Shown: positions 18,001 to 32,434, numbered from the stretch's first letter. The stretch: DNA of 64,000 nucleotides from Nemertoderma westbladi (GCA_032718475.1 JAUCBJ010008490.1:62001-126000), one strand, 5' to 3'. Notes: a model not told the origin generated them from the letters alone. Made by a program: numbers and translations.

Positions 18001-19618
18001 ACGGATACTACGGATAAAATCCGAACGGATATACGGATACTAAGGATAAAATCCGAACGGATATACGGATACTACGGATAAAATCCGAATGGATATACGG
18101 ATACTATGGATAAAATCCGAACGGATATACGGATACTACGGATAAAATCCGAATGAATATACAGATACTACGGATAATCCGAACGGATATACGGATACTA
18201 CGGATAAAATCCGAACGAATATATGGATACTACGGATAATCCGAACGGATATACGGATACTACGGATAAAATCCGAACGGATATACGGATACTACGGATA
18301 ATCCGAACGGATATATGGATACTATGGATAAAATCCGAACGGATATACGGATACTACGGATAATCCGAACGGATATACGGATACTACGGATAAAATCCGA
18401 ATGAATATATGGATACTACGGATAATCCGAACGGATATACGGATACTACGGATAAAATCCGAACGGATATATGGATACTATGGATAAAATCCGAACGGAT
18501 ATATGGATACTATGGATAAAATCCGAACGGATATACGGATACTACGGATAAAATCCGAACGGATATACGGATACTACGGATAAAATCAGAACGGATATAC
18601 GGATACTACGGATAATCCGAACGGATATAAGGATACTACGGATAATCCGAACGGATATACGGATACTACGGATAATCCGAATGGATATATGGATACTACG
18701 GATAAAATCCGAACGGATATACAGATACTACGGATAAAATCAGAAAGGATATACGGATACTACGGATAATCCGAACGGATATACGGATACTACGGATAAT
18801 CCGAACGGATATACGGATACTACGGATAAAATCCGAACGGATATACGGATACTACGGATAATCCGAACTGATATACAGATACTACGGATAATCCGAACGG
18901 ATATACGGATACTACGGATAATCCGAACGGATATACGGATACTACGGATAAAATCCGAACGGATATACGGATACTACGGATAAAATCCGAACGGATACTA
19001 GGATAAAATCCGAACGGATATACGGATACTACGGATAAAATCCGAACGGATATACGGATACTATGGATAAAATCCGAACGGATATACGGATACTACGGAT
19101 AAAATCCGAACGGATATACGGATACTATGGATAAAATCCGAACGGATATACGGATACTACGGATAAAATCCGAACGAATATACGGATACTACGGATAATC
19201 CGAACGGATATACGGATACTACGGATAAAATCCGAACGAATATATGGATACTACGGATAATCCGAACGGATATACGGATACTACGGATAAAATCCGAACG
19301 GATATACGGATACTACGGATAATCCGAACGAATATACGGATACTACGGATAAAATCCGAACGGATATCTGGATACTACGGATAATCCGAAAGGATATACG
19401 GATACTACGGATAATCCGAATGGATATACGGATACTACGGATAAAATCAGAACGGATATACGGATACTACGGATAAAATCAGAAAGGATATACGGATACT
19501 TCGGATAAAATCCGAAAGGATATATGGATACTACGGATAAAATCCGAACGGATATACAGATACTACAGATAAAATCAGAACGGATATACGGATACTACGG
19601 ATAAAATCCGAACGGATA
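1..19618. repeat. Satellite A, tandem 30/32-bp unit ACGGATAT-ACGGATACT-ACGGATA(AA)ATC[C/A]GA; continues beyond the window start
   Basis: Uninterrupted head-to-tail repeats. Each unit has three ACGGATA sub-repeats. Two length variants (GATAATC vs GATAAAATC) and a C/A variant (ATCCGA vs ATCAGA). Confidence 0.98.
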
Positions 19619-19669
19619 ATAGAGGCAATCCTGCAATTAATACATCAAGACGACCCCGAATTTACCGGT

Positions 19670-20668
19670 ATGCCGGCAACAAAGCAGGATATTCTAGACG
19701 AACTTAAAAATGAACTTCCTTCGGTAATTCGATTAGCATACAATCACGTCCACCAAGCTATAACTACAACCAACGTTCCTCATAGTTATACGCCAACTAT
19801 TGAAACTACAATAACTCATCCAATAGCAATTAAACTGCCTACATTTTATGAAAAAGATTCGAGAGTTTGGTTTGACCAAATTGAACAAATCCTTTCGAAT
19901 ACTCCAGAGGATATTAAAAAGAACAGCCTTTTGCGAGTATTACCAACGAATGTTATTCTCGACAGCGGTACGCAGGTTTCCGACGATTTTACAACAATAA
20001 AACTCTGTGTAATTAAATTCTTCGATGATAGCGAAGAAAAACGTCTAAAGAGACTCCTTAAAGAACAACACCTCGGAGACCGAAAACCCTCTGTTACCCT
20101 GCGACAACTTCAACGTTTGGCACCTAACAATGAAAACCTTGTAAAGTTGCGATTCCTAGAATTATTGCCAGAACCGGTGCGTTTGGCGTTAATATCCATC
20201 GATGGAGTAGCCTTGGAGAAACTCGCGGAAATCGCGGATCGAATGGTCGAACAATTGTCGACCAATGATACAACTAATGTAAACCGAGTCACAATTCCAG
20301 GTAATAGTGCAACTGGGGGAGTAGTCCCTGAAACAGGAAACCCTATGGAAATGTGGTGCAACAACATGACAAAACAATTATCGACATTAACGCAAGCAAT
20401 CGATCGTCTATCACATCGAGATGACCATTCTCCTAACCGTGGTCGTAGTCGATATCATGGACGAAATCCAATCTCCGCCGAACGATCACCTTCAGCTGGA
20501 AGAGAATACCGACAACATCGCTCTAAGTCGCGTTCCTTCAACCCGGAAGGAAAATTCTGCTACTACCACTGGAGGTTCGGAAGGAAAGCAACCAAATGTT
20601 CTGGTCCCGAAAGTTGCAGTTGGAGAGATGGACCACGCGAACCCTTAAACTCACAGTCGGGAAACTAA
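19670..20668 (+). CDS. gag: Gag of Gypsy copy 1 (N-terminally truncated; internal ATG)
   Basis: IKLPTFYEKDSRVWFDQIE N-terminal motif, LGDRKPS motif, and C-terminal CYYH-x9-C-x5-C (CHCC) knuckle typical of CsRn1-clade Gag. Confidence 0.9.
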   Translation: MPATKQDILDELKNELPSVIRLAYNHVHQAITTTNVPHSYTPTIETTITHPIAIKLPTFYEKDSRVWFDQIEQILSNTPEDIKKNSLLRVLPTNVILDSGTQVSDDFTTIKLCVIKFFDDSEEKRLKRLLKEQHLGDRKPSVTLRQLQRLAPNNENLVKLRFLELLPEPVRLALISIDGVALEKLAEIADRMVEQLSTNDTTNVNRVTIPGNSATGGVVPETGNPMEMWCNNMTKQLSTLTQAIDRLSHRDDHSPNRGRSRYHGRNPISAERSPSAGREYRQHRSKSRSFNPEGKFCYYHWRFGRKATKCSGPESCSWRDGPREPLNSQSGN

Positions 20669-20723
20669 ACCACTCCGTCGACACAGCGGCCACCGACGGG
20701 GTAAATTCTATCTACGTAGCCGC
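20659..20723 (+). promoter_or_regulatory. -1 ribosomal frameshift signal (gag-pol), copy 1
   Basis: Slippery G GGA AAC directly before the gag TAA, a 6-nt spacer, then stem ACTCCGTCG/CGACGGGGT. The protease ORF is in the -1 frame. Confidence 0.82.
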
Positions 20724-23700
20724 GCATCCATTCGGACAATTTTTAGCAGATAGTGGAAGCGATTGTTGTGTTTTACCACTTTGTTACGCCACAAGTAAGT
20801 CTGTTAGTGTTCCTAATATTAAATTAAGAGCGGCCAACAAAACTCCTATAAAAGTAATTAGTAAAGAAAAACTCTATTTTATTCTACCTGATTTTGGTAA
20901 TGAGGAATTTTATTGGAATTTCTATATAGCAGATGTACCTCAACCTATATTAGGTTATGATTTTCTTAAAGAATATAGATTTTTGGTTGACTGTGTAAAC
21001 AATCGTCTAATTCCAATGGATAAATTAAAACTTCCTCTGAGTAAACCCAACATTGAAATTCAAAAACAACAAACGATACTTTACAACCAAATGTTCGCAG
21101 AATTATAGTAGAAAACCCTGTTTATACTGACGAGGTTAACAAATTAGTGGATAAATACACTACAATATTTCAACCAATCAATGTCAATGACCCAATTTTA
21201 CATAAAACTGAGCACCACATACTAACGACGGGAGCGCCAACATTCTCAAAACCGAGACGACTTTTTGGTGAACGTTTAGAAATCGCTAAAAAAGTATTTA
21301 ATAAATGGGAAGAACAGGGAGTCTGTTACAGAGGTGAATCCCCATACGCAACTCCTTTACACATGGTGCCACAAACAAATTCTAAAACAACACCTTACAG
21401 AGCATGTGGTGATTACCGTAATTTAAATTCTCAAACTGTACCTGACAGATACCCAATGCCAAACTTAAACGATATTCCCAATAAACTTCATGGCTGTACA
21501 GTGTTTTCAAAATTAGATCTTGCTTCTGCCTACACACAGATTCCGATTACTGCCACAGATCAACTTAAAACTGCCATTACCACTCCCTTTGGGTTATTTA
21601 TATTCCGTAGGATGCCCTATGGTCTGCGAAACGCAGCACAAACCTTCCAAAGGTTAATGGATACAGTACTGCAAGGAATCCCATTTGCATGGGTATATTT
21701 AGATGATATTATGGTTGCAAGTTCAAACCCAGAAGAACATCTTATACACCTTGATATTATATTTAAACTACTGTCTTCACAAGGTCTACACCTCAGACAA
21801 GAGAAGTGTAAATTCTTTTGTTCTAACATTAATTTTGTTGGAGCTCATATTTCCGCTGCTGGAGTATCCCCATCACCCGAGAAAGTAGAAGCAATCACCT
21901 GTTTCCCACAGCCGTCCACAATTAAGGGTCTCAAAAGATTCTTAGGTATGGCTGGCTTCTACCATAGATTTGTCCCAAACTTTTCTAGAATAGCAGCCCC
22001 ACTAACTAATATGACAAGAAATATTAAAGGAAAAGGACATTTTTCTTTAAACTGGACAGATGAATCATTAACTGCATTCAGAGAACTCAAAAATGCACTT
22101 CAGAACAGCGTAATTCTTGCTTTTCCGAAACTTGGAGCTAATTTTGAGTTAGAACTCACCACAGATGCTTCCAAAGTAGCTGCAGGTGCTGTATTACACC
22201 AGATAGTGGACAAGGTTAAAACCTTTAGCTTTCTTCTCAGCAAAGTACACTCCAAACGAATCAAACAAATCCGCATTTGATCGAGAATTACTAGCGATAT
22301 ATTTATCACTTAAACATTTTTCGTGGTTAATTGGAACACAATTTAATATAAAAACTGACCACAAACCACTACTACACATTCTCACTATGAAGAATCCTAC
22401 ACCTCAACAATCCAGATGGATCTCTTATCTCTCGGAATTCAATTGCACAATTACACACGTAGCAGGAGCCACCAATGTAGTAGCCGACACATTATCCCGT
22501 ACCACATCAGCAATTAGCATTGAATATGACGAATCGTTAGCTAAAGCTCAATCAGAAGATTCATCACTTATGTCATTTATCAACAAAACTAATCTTCCAT
22601 TGAAGAAAATAGCAATTGGAGATACAATTTTATGGTGTGACGCCACAACAGATTACCTTAGACCATATGTACCAACCAACATGAGATTTGGATTATTTTC
22701 TCAAGTTCATGGACTCTCACATTTGGGAGCTAGGGCAACTATTAAACAAATTTGTGAAAAATACATTTGGCCTGGAATTAAACATGATCTTAGAAGATGG
22801 TGTCGAGAGTGTATCCGTTGCCAAAGAAGTAAAGTAATTAGACATACAAAGGCCCCAATTGGATCAATTCCAACATCAGACCGTTTCCAGTCAATTCATA
22901 TTGATATAGTCGGACCTCTACCACCTTCAAATGGTTTCCGTTATATGGTAACTATTATCGACCGTTTCACCAGATGGCCGGAAGTAATACCGGTGAGTAA
23001 TATTGATACTATAAGTGTAGCGAAAGGACTGATCAATGGTTGGATCAGTCGTTTTGGTGTTCCTCGAGAACTCATATCAGACAGAGGAGCGCAATTTGAA
23101 TCGAATATTTGGGGCGAATTGATGACTTTACTTGGTATTACACGAAAGCGAACAACATCATATCATCCCCAGTGTAACGGCGCTGTGGAAAGGTTTCACA
23201 GAACTTTAAAGAATGCTTTAAGAGCACATGCAGTTGACTCCAGTTGGTCGGATTCATTGCCAATGGTACTTTTGGGTCTGTGAACGAGCGTTAATTGCTC
23301 TGGATTCAGTCCATCCACAATGATTTATGGAGGAACAATAGAACTTCCTCAACAATTCTTTGTTCCAACAGATGTTGAGAAAAACACATCAACTTATTTA
23401 CCGCAATATATGGAAAAACTTTTCGAAACAATAAATAATTTTACTGTTCCGGAACGGAAACATTCAACACCAACATATATACCAACATCTTTAGACTCTG
23501 TGACGCATGTTTGGATACGAAATGATCGACTCAAGTCCAGTCTCAGTGATCGTTATAATGGACCATTTAAGATAATTGAAAGAAAAGATAAAACAGTTAG
23601 TATTTCTATTAAAGGAAAGTTGGATACAGTTTCCATAGACCGCACAAAACCTGCCTTTGTAAATACAGAGGAAGACAAAGAGCAGATCAAAACTGATAGA

Positions 23701-23769
23701 GTCACCCATTGTGATAAAACAACCAATAATTATACAAGTAAGACAACTCAGCATGACCAACCACCCAAA

Positions 23770-24020
23770 TTCAAACCTAATCAAGTCGTAATGGCTAAAC
23801 GAAACGGATTTAGATTTTGGCCAGGTTTAATAATGAACAATATCACAAGGATTCGAAATTGCAAGTGTCCAACAGATTGTGTACCCATTAAGTTTTTTGG
23901 TGCAGATAGTAAAGAATTCATACCTTTGAGTAATATTTTATTATTCAAACCAGAAAATATTAAACACGTTACCACAAGAAATTTTAATAATGCAATTGAT
24001 ATTGCAAAAAGGTATTTAGA
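23770..24020 (+). other. PWWP-like domain coding segment at the integrase C-terminus, copy 1
   Basis: FKPNQVVMAKRNGFRFWPGLI...VPIKFFGADSKEFIPLSNILLF...NFNNAIDIAKRYL matches the PWWP pattern. Confidence 0.85.
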
Positions 24021-24139
24021 TTTATGTAAAGTTAACTCACTATTTAGCAATAAAACTAGCAAAACTGTCAAATTTTCTTCAGATAAACATTATGCATATT
24101 TTTATAAAAATGATGCTCCGCAACTCATACGGGGGGTAC

Positions 24140-24334
24140 TGTAATGCCTGAGTACGAAGTATTGGTGAAGGGATCTAAGATATAATATATAGAGTTATAT
24201 AGAGTTACCGGTAGTGTGTGTACAGGACTACTGGATATATTGAGAGAATAGAGAATTATAAGATCTGATTAAGTGATTACTTTAATATATTATTTTCTTC
24301 TATTTGTCTATTAAATATTGTATGTTACATTATA
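24140..24334 (+). repeat. 3' LTR of Gypsy copy 1 (195 bp)
   Basis: Same sequence as 31091-31285 and 35910-36104. Preceded by the purine tract GGGGGGTAC and followed by GATA. Confidence 0.95.
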
Positions 24335-27300
24335 GATATACGAATACTACGGATAAAATCCGAACGGATATACGGATACTACGGATAAATTCCTAACGGA
24401 TATACGGATACTACGGATAAAATCCGAACGGATATACGGATACTACGGATAAAATCCGAACGGATATACGAATACTACGGATAAAATCCTAACGGATATA
24501 CGGATACTACGGATAAAATCCGAACGGATATACGGATACTACGGATAAAATCAGAATGGATATACGGATAATACGGATAATCCGAACGGATATACGGATA
24601 CTACGGATAAAATCAGAACGGATTTACGGATAATACGGATAATCCGAATGGATATACGGATACTACGGATAAAATCCGAACGGATATACGAATACTACGG
24701 ATAAAATCCGAACGGATATACAAATACTACGGATAAAATCCGAACGGATATACGGATACTACGGATAAAATCCGAACGGATATACGAATACTACGGATAA
24801 AATCCTAACGGATATACGGATACTACGGATAAAATCCGAACGGATATACGAATACTACGGATAAAATCCTAACGGATATACGGATACTACGGATAAAATC
24901 CGAACAGATATACGAATACTACGGATAAAATCCTAACGGATATACGGATACTACGGATAAAATCCGAACGGATATACGGATACTACGGATAAAATCAGAA
25001 CGGATATACGGATAATACGGATAATCCGAACGGATATACGGATACTACGGATAAAATCAGAACGGATATACGGATAATACGGATAATCCGAATGGATATA
25101 CGGATACTACGGATAAAATCCGAACGGATATACGGATACTACGGATAAAATCCGAACGGATATACGGATACTACGGATAATCCGAACGGATATACGGATA
25201 CTACGGATAAAATCCGAACGGATATACGGATACTACGGATAATCCGAACGGATATACGGATACTACGGATAAAATCCTAACGGATATACGGATACTACGG
25301 ATAAAATCCGAACGGATATACGGATACTACGGATAATCCGAACGGATATACGGATACTACGGATAAAATCCTAACGGATATACGGATACTACGGATAAAA
25401 TCAGAACGGATATACGGATACTACGGATAATCAGAACGGATATACGGATACTACGGATAATCCGAACGGATATACGGATACTACGGATAAAATCCGAACG
25501 GATATACGGATACTACGGATAAAATCAGAATGGATATACGGATACTACGGATAAAATCAGAATGGATATACAGATACTACGGATAATCCGAACGGATATA
25601 TGGATACTACGGATAATCCGAACGGATATACGGATACTACGGATAAAATCAGAATGGATATACGGATACTACGGATAATCCGAACGGATATACGGATACT
25701 ACGGATAATCCGAACGGATATACAGATACTACGGATAAAATCAGAATGGATATACGGATACTATGGATAATCCAAACGGATATACGGATACTACGGATAA
25801 TCCGAACGGATATACGGATACTACGGATAAAATCCGAACGGATATACGGATACTACGGATAAAATCAGAATGGATATACGGATACTACGGATAATCCGAA
25901 CGGATATACGGATACTACGGATAAAATCCGAACGGATATACGGATACTACGGATAAAATCAGAATGGATATACGGATACTACGGATAAAATCAGAATGGA
26001 TATACAGATACTACGGATAATCCGAACGGATATACGGATACTACGGATAATCCGAACGGATATACGGATACTACGGATAAAATCAGAATGGATATACGGA
26101 TACTACGGATAATCCGAACGGATATACGGATACTACGGATAATCCGAACGGATATACGGATACTACGGATAAAATCAGAATGGATATACGGATACTACGG
26201 ATAATCCAAACGGATATACGGATACTACGGATAATCCGAACGGATATACGGATACTACGGATAAAATCCGAACGGATATACGGATACTACGGATAAAATC
26301 AGAATGGATATACGGATACTACGGATAATCAGAACGGATATACGGATACTACGGATAAAATCCGAACGGATATACAGATACTACGGATAAAATCCGAACG
26401 GATATACGGATACTACGGATAAAATCCGAACGGATATATGGATACTACGGATAAAATCAGAATGGATATACGGATACTACGGATAATCAGAACGGATATA
26501 CGGATACTACGGATAATCAGAATGGATATACGGATACTATGGATAATCCGAACGGATATACGGATACTACGGATAATCCAAACGGATATACAGATACTAC
26601 GGATAAAATCCGAACGGATATACGGATACTACGGATAAAATCAGAATGGATATACGGATACTACGGATAATCAGAACGGATATACGGATACTACGGATAA
26701 TCCGAACGGATATACGGATACTACGGATAAAATCAGAATGGATATACGGATACTACGGATAATCCGAACGGATATACGGATACTACGGATAATCCGAACG
26801 GATATACGGATACTACGGATAAAATCCGAACGGATATACGGATAAAATCAGAATGGATATACGGATACTACGGATAATCAGAACGGATATACGGATACTA
26901 CGGATAAAATCCTAACGGATATACGGATACTACGGATAAAATCCGAATGGATATACGGATACTACGGATAAAATCCGAACGGATATACGGATACTACGGA
27001 TAAAATCCGAACGGATATACGGATACTACGGATAAAATCAGAATGGATATACGGATACTACGGATAATCAGAACGGATATACGAATACTACGGATAAAAT
27101 CCGAACGGATATACGGATACTACGGATAAAATTAGAACGGATATACAGATACTACGGATAAAATCCTAACGGATATACGGATACTATGGATAATCCGAAC
27201 GGATATACGGATACTACTGATAAAATCCTAACGGATATATGGATACTACGGATAAAATCCGAACGGATATACGGATACTACGGATAAAATCCGAACGAAT

Positions 27301-30300
27301 ATACGGATACTACGGATAATCCGAACAGATATACGGATACTACGGTAAAATCAGAACGGATAAACGGATACTACGGATAAAATCAGAATGGATATACGGA
27401 TACTACAGATAAAATCCGAACGAATATACGGATACTACGGATAATCCGAACGGATATACAAATACTACGGATAAAATCCAAACGGATATACGAATACTAC
27501 GGATAAAATCAGAACGGATATACGGATACTACGGATAATCAGAACGGATATACGGATACTACGGATAATCCGAACGGATATACGGATACTATGGATAAAA
27601 TCAGAACGGATATACGGATACTACGGATAAAATCCGAACGGATATACGAATACTACGGATAAAATCCGAACGGATATACGGATACTACGGATAATCCGAA
27701 CGGATATACGGATACTATGGATAAAATCAGAACGGATATACAGATACTACGGATAATCCGAACGGATATACGGATATTACGGATAATCCGAATGGATATA
27801 CGGATACTACGGATAAAATCCGAACGGATATACAGATACTACGGATAAAATCAGAAAGGATATACGGATACTACGGATAATCCGAACGGATATACGGATA
27901 CTACGGATAATCCGAACGGATATACGGATACTACGGATAAAATCCGAACGGATATACGGATACTACGGATAATCCGAACTGATATACGGATACTACGGAT
28001 AATCCGAACTGATATACGGATACTACGGATAATCCGAACGGATATACGGATACTACGGATAATCCGAACGGATATACGGATACTACGGATAAAATCCGAA
28101 CGGATACTACGGATAAAATCCGAACGGATACTAGGATAAAATCCGAACGGATATACGGATACTACGGATAAAATCCGAACGGATATACGGATACTAAGGA
28201 TAAAATCCGAACGGATATACGGATACTACGGATAAAATCCGAATGGATATACGGATACTATGGATAAAATCCGAACGGATATACGGATACTACGGATAAA
28301 ATCCGAACAAATATACAGATACTACGGATAATCCGAACGGATATACGGATACTACGGATAAAATCCGAACGAATATATGGATACTACGGATAATCCGAAC
28401 GGATATACGGATACTACGGATAAAATCCGAACGGATATATGGATACTACGGATAATCCGAATGGATATATGGATACTATGGATAAAATCCGAACGGATAT
28501 ACGGATACTACGGATAATCCGAACGGATATACGGATACTACGGATAAAATCCGAATGAATATATGGATACTACGGATAATCCGAACGGATATACGGATAC
28601 TACGGATAAAATCCGAACGGATATATGGATACTATGGATAAAATCCGAACGGATATATGGATACTATGGATAAAATCCGAACGGATATACGGATACTACG
28701 GATAAAATCCGAACGGATATACGGATACTACGGATAAAATCAGAACGGATATACGGATACTACGGATAATCCGAACGGATATAAGGATACTACGGATAAT
28801 CCGAACGGATATACGGATACTACGGATAATCCGAATGGATATATGGATACTACGGATAAAATCCGAACGGATATACAGATACTACGGATAAAATCAGAAA
28901 GGATATACGGATACTACGGATAATCCGAACGGATATACGGATACTACGGATAATCCGAACGGATATACGGATACTACGGATAAAATCCGAACGGATATAC
29001 GGATACTACGGATAATCCGAACTGATATACAGATACTACGGATAATCCGAACGGATATACGGATACTACGGATAATCCGAACGGATATACGGATACTACG
29101 GATAAAATCCGAACGGATATACGGATACTACGGATAAAATCCGAACGGATACTAGGATAAAATCCGAACGGATATACGGATACTACGGATAAAATCCGAA
29201 CGGATATACGGATACTACGGATAAAATCCGAACGGATATACGGATACTACGGATAAAATCCGAACGGATATACGGATACTATGGATAAAATCCGAACGGA
29301 TATACGGATACTACGGATAAAATCCGAACGAATATACGGATACTACGGATAATCCGAACGGATATACGGATACTACGGATAAAATCCGAACGAATATATG
29401 GATACTACGGATAATCCGAACGGATATACAGATACTACGGATAAAATCCGAACGGATATACGGATACTACGGATAATCCAAACGAATATACGGATACTAC
29501 GGATAAAATCCGAATGGATATCTGGATACTACGGATAATCCGAAAGGATATACGGATACTACGGATAATCCGAATGGATATACGGATACTACGGATAAAA
29601 TCAGAATGGATATACGGATACTATGGATAAAATCAGAAAGGATATACGGATACTTCGGATAAAATCCGAAAGGATATATGGATACTACGGATAAAATCCG
29701 AACGGATATACAGATACTACAGATAAAATCAGAACGGATATACGGATACTACGGATAAAATCCGAACGGATATACGGATACTACGGATAAAATCCGAACG
29801 GATATACGGATACTACGGATAAAATCCGAACGGATATACGGATACTACGGATAATCCAAATGGATATACGGATACTACGGATAAAATCAGAACGGATATA
29901 CGGATACTACGGATAAAATCAGAAAGGATATACGGATACTACGGATAAAATCAGAACGGATATACGGATACTACGGATAATCTGAACGGATATACGGATA
30001 CTACGGATAAAATCCGAACGGATATATGGATACTTCGGATAAAATCCGAACGGATATACGGATACTACGGATAAAATCCAAACGGATATACGGATACTAC
30101 GGATAAAATCCGAACGGATATACGGATACTACGGATAAAATCCGAACGGATATACGGATACTACGGATAAAATCCGAACGGATATACGGATACTACGGAT
30201 AAAATCAGAACGGATATATGGATACTACGGATAATCTGAACGGATATACGGATACTACGGATAAAATCCGAACGGATATACGGATACTACGGATAAAATC

Positions 30301-31090
30301 AGAACGGATATACGGATACTACGGATAATCTGAACGGATATACGGATACTACGGATAAAATCCGAACTGATATACGGATACTACGGATAAAATCCGAACG
30401 GATATACGGATACTACGGATAAAAGCCGAACGGATATACGGATACTACGGATAAAATCCGAACGGATATACGGATACTACGGATAAAATCCGAACGGATA
30501 TACGGATACTAAGGATAAAATCCGAACGGATATGCGGATACTACGGATAAAATCAGAACGGATATACGGATACTACGGATAATCTGAACGGATATACGGA
30601 TACTACGGATAAAATCCGAACGGATATACGGATACTACGGATAAAATCAGAACGGATATACGGATACTACGGATAATCAGAACGGATACTACGGATAAAA
30701 TCCGAACGGATATACGGATACTACGGATAAAATCCGAACGGATATACAGATACTACGGATAAAATCCTAACGGATATACGGATACTACGGATAATCCGAA
30801 CGGATATACGGATACTATGGATAATCCGAACGGATATACGGATACTACGGATAAAATCCTAACGGATATACGGATACTACGGATAAAATCCGAACGGATA
30901 TACGGATACTACAGATAAAATCCGAACGGATATACGAATACTACGGATAAAATCTGAACGGATATACGGATACTACGGATAATCCGAACAGATATACGGA
31001 TACAACGGATAAAATCCGAACGGATATACGAATACTACGGATAACATCCTAACGGATATACGGATACTACGGATAAAATCCGAACGGATA
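24335..31090. repeat. Satellite A, segment between the two Gypsy copies
   Basis: Same 30/32-bp unit. Contains the duplication junction near 27745. Confidence 0.98.
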
Positions 31091-31285
31091 TGTAATGCCT
31101 GAGTACGAAGTATTGGTGAAGGGATCTAAGATATAATATATAGAGTTATATAGAGTTACCGGTAGTGTGTGTACAGGACTACTGGATATATTGAGAGAAT
31201 AGAGAATTATAAGATCTGATTAAGTGATTACTTTAATATATTATTTTCTTCTATTTGTCTATTAAATATTGTATGTTACATTATA
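31091..31285 (+). repeat. 5' LTR of Gypsy copy 2 (TGTAATG...CATTATA)
   Basis: Direct repeat of 35910-36104; no differences found by eye. Contains TATA-like stretches and ATTAAA. Confidence 0.95.
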
Positions 31286-31286
31286 T

Positions 31287-31304
31287 TGGTGACCCAGACG
31301 AGAT
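31287..31304 (+). promoter_or_regulatory. Primer binding site, tRNA-Trp type
   Basis: TGGTGACCCAGACGAGAT, separated from the LTR by 1 nt. It matches the canonical tRNA-Trp PBS TGGTGACCCCGACGTGAT at 16/18. Confidence 0.88.
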
Positions 31305-31342
31305 ATAAATCTAAATTCGAATAAACTCTAAAAGATCTAAAG

Positions 31343-32434
31343 ATGCCTGGGGGACTAGATTTACACAATCAACCTAAATCAATTTTAGAGGCAATCCTGC
31401 AATTAATACATCAAGACGACCCCGAATTTACCGGTATGCCGGCGACAAAGCAGGATATTCTAGACGAACTTAAAAATGAACTTCCTTCGGTAATTCGATT
31501 AGCATACAATCACGTCCACCAAGCTATAACTACAACCAACGTTCCTCAAAGTTATACGCCAACTATTGAAACTACAATAACTCATCCAATAGCAATTAAA
31601 CTGCCTACATTTTATGAAAAAGATTCGAGAGTTTGGTTTGACCAAATTGAACAAATCCTTTCGAATACTCCAGAGGATATTAAAAAGAACAGCCTTTTGC
31701 GAGTATTACCAACGAATGTTATTCTCGACAGCAGTACGCAGGTTTCCGACGATTTTACAACAATAAAACTCTGTGTAATTAAATTCTTCGATGATAGCGA
31801 AGAAAAACGTCTAAAGAGACTCCTTAAAGAACAACACCTCGGAGACCGAAAACCCTCTGTTACCCTGCGACAACTTCAACGTTTGGCACCTAACAATGAA
31901 AACCTTGTAAAGTTGCGATTCCTAGAATTATTGCCAGAACCGGTGCGTTTGGCGTTAATATCCATCGATGGAGTAGCCTTGGAGAAACTCGCGGAAATCG
32001 CGGATCGAATGGTCGAACAATTGTCGACCAATGATACAACTAATGTAAACCGAGTCACAATTCCAGGTAATAGTGCAACTGGGGGAGTAGTCCCTGAAAC
32101 AGGAAACCCTATGGAAATGTGGTGCAACAACATGACAAAACAATTATCGACATTAACGCAAGCAATCGATCGTCTATCACATCGAGATGACCATTCTCCT
32201 AACCGTGGTCGTAGTCGATATCATGGACGAAATCCAATCTCCGCCGAACGATCACCTTCAGCTGGAAGAGAATACCGACAACATCGCTCTAAGTCGCGTT
32301 CCTTCAACCCGGAAGGAAAATTCTGCTACTACCACTGGAGGTTCGGAAGGAAAGCAACCAAATGTTCTGGTCCCGAAAGTTGCAGTTGGAGAGATGGACC
32401 ACGCGAACCCTTAAACTCACAGTCGGGAAACTAA
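31343..32434 (+). CDS. gag: Gag (363 aa, intact) with CHCC zinc knuckle
   Basis: Open ORF shortly after the PBS. Motifs as in copy 1, with an RS-rich basic region before CYYHWRFGRKATKCSGPESC. Confidence 0.93.
   Translation: MPGGLDLHNQPKSILEAILQLIHQDDPEFTGMPATKQDILDELKNELPSVIRLAYNHVHQAITTTNVPQSYTPTIETTITHPIAIKLPTFYEKDSRVWFDQIEQILSNTPEDIKKNSLLRVLPTNVILDSSTQVSDDFTTIKLCVIKFFDDSEEKRLKRLLKEQHLGDRKPSVTLRQLQRLAPNNENLVKLRFLELLPEPVRLALISIDGVALEKLAEIADRMVEQLSTNDTTNVNRVTIPGNSATGGVVPETGNPMEMWCNNMTKQLSTLTQAIDRLSHRDDHSPNRGRSRYHGRNPISAERSPSAGREYRQHRSKSRSFNPEGKFCYYHWRFGRKATKCSGPESCSWRDGPREPLNSQSGN

Larger units (their letters stand above)
20659..24144 (+). pseudogene. pol: Disrupted Pol (aspartic protease-RT-RNase H-integrase-PWWP), copy 1
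   Basis: FLADSGS protease; YLDD RT; TTDASK...FDRELLAIY...TDHKPL RNase H; HHCC, DIVGP/SDRG/NGAVERFH integrase; GPF motif. Broken by frameshifts at ~21060 and ~22220 and by CGA>TGA at 23281. Confidence 0.93.
19620..24334 (+). mobile_element. Ty3/Gypsy LTR retrotransposon (CsRn1-like), copy 1, 5'-deleted (no 5' LTR, PBS or gag start)
   Basis: Near-identical to 31386-36104 (offset 11766-11770). Order is gag-PR-RT-RH-IN, with a 3' LTR at 24140-24334. It begins abruptly inside gag (TAGAGGCAATC). Confidence 0.96.

Noticed and set aside
1-19618. Yeast-type long telomeric repeat (TACGGAT is shared with Candida/Kluyveromyces repeats)
   Set aside because: It lacks the GGTGT core, has heterogeneous units with higher-order duplications, and sits beside a metazoan BEL/Pao element.
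20110-24071. Short antisense and alternate-frame ORFs within the Gypsy copies (and likewise within the BEL and LINE elements)
   Set aside because: Shadow ORFs of real coding frames with no recognisable motifs.
23320-24144. Separate env-like or third ORF in copy 1
   Set aside because: It is the integrase C-terminus cut off by CGA>TGA at 23281. It is continuous with the core in copy 2 and has no signal or transmembrane segment.
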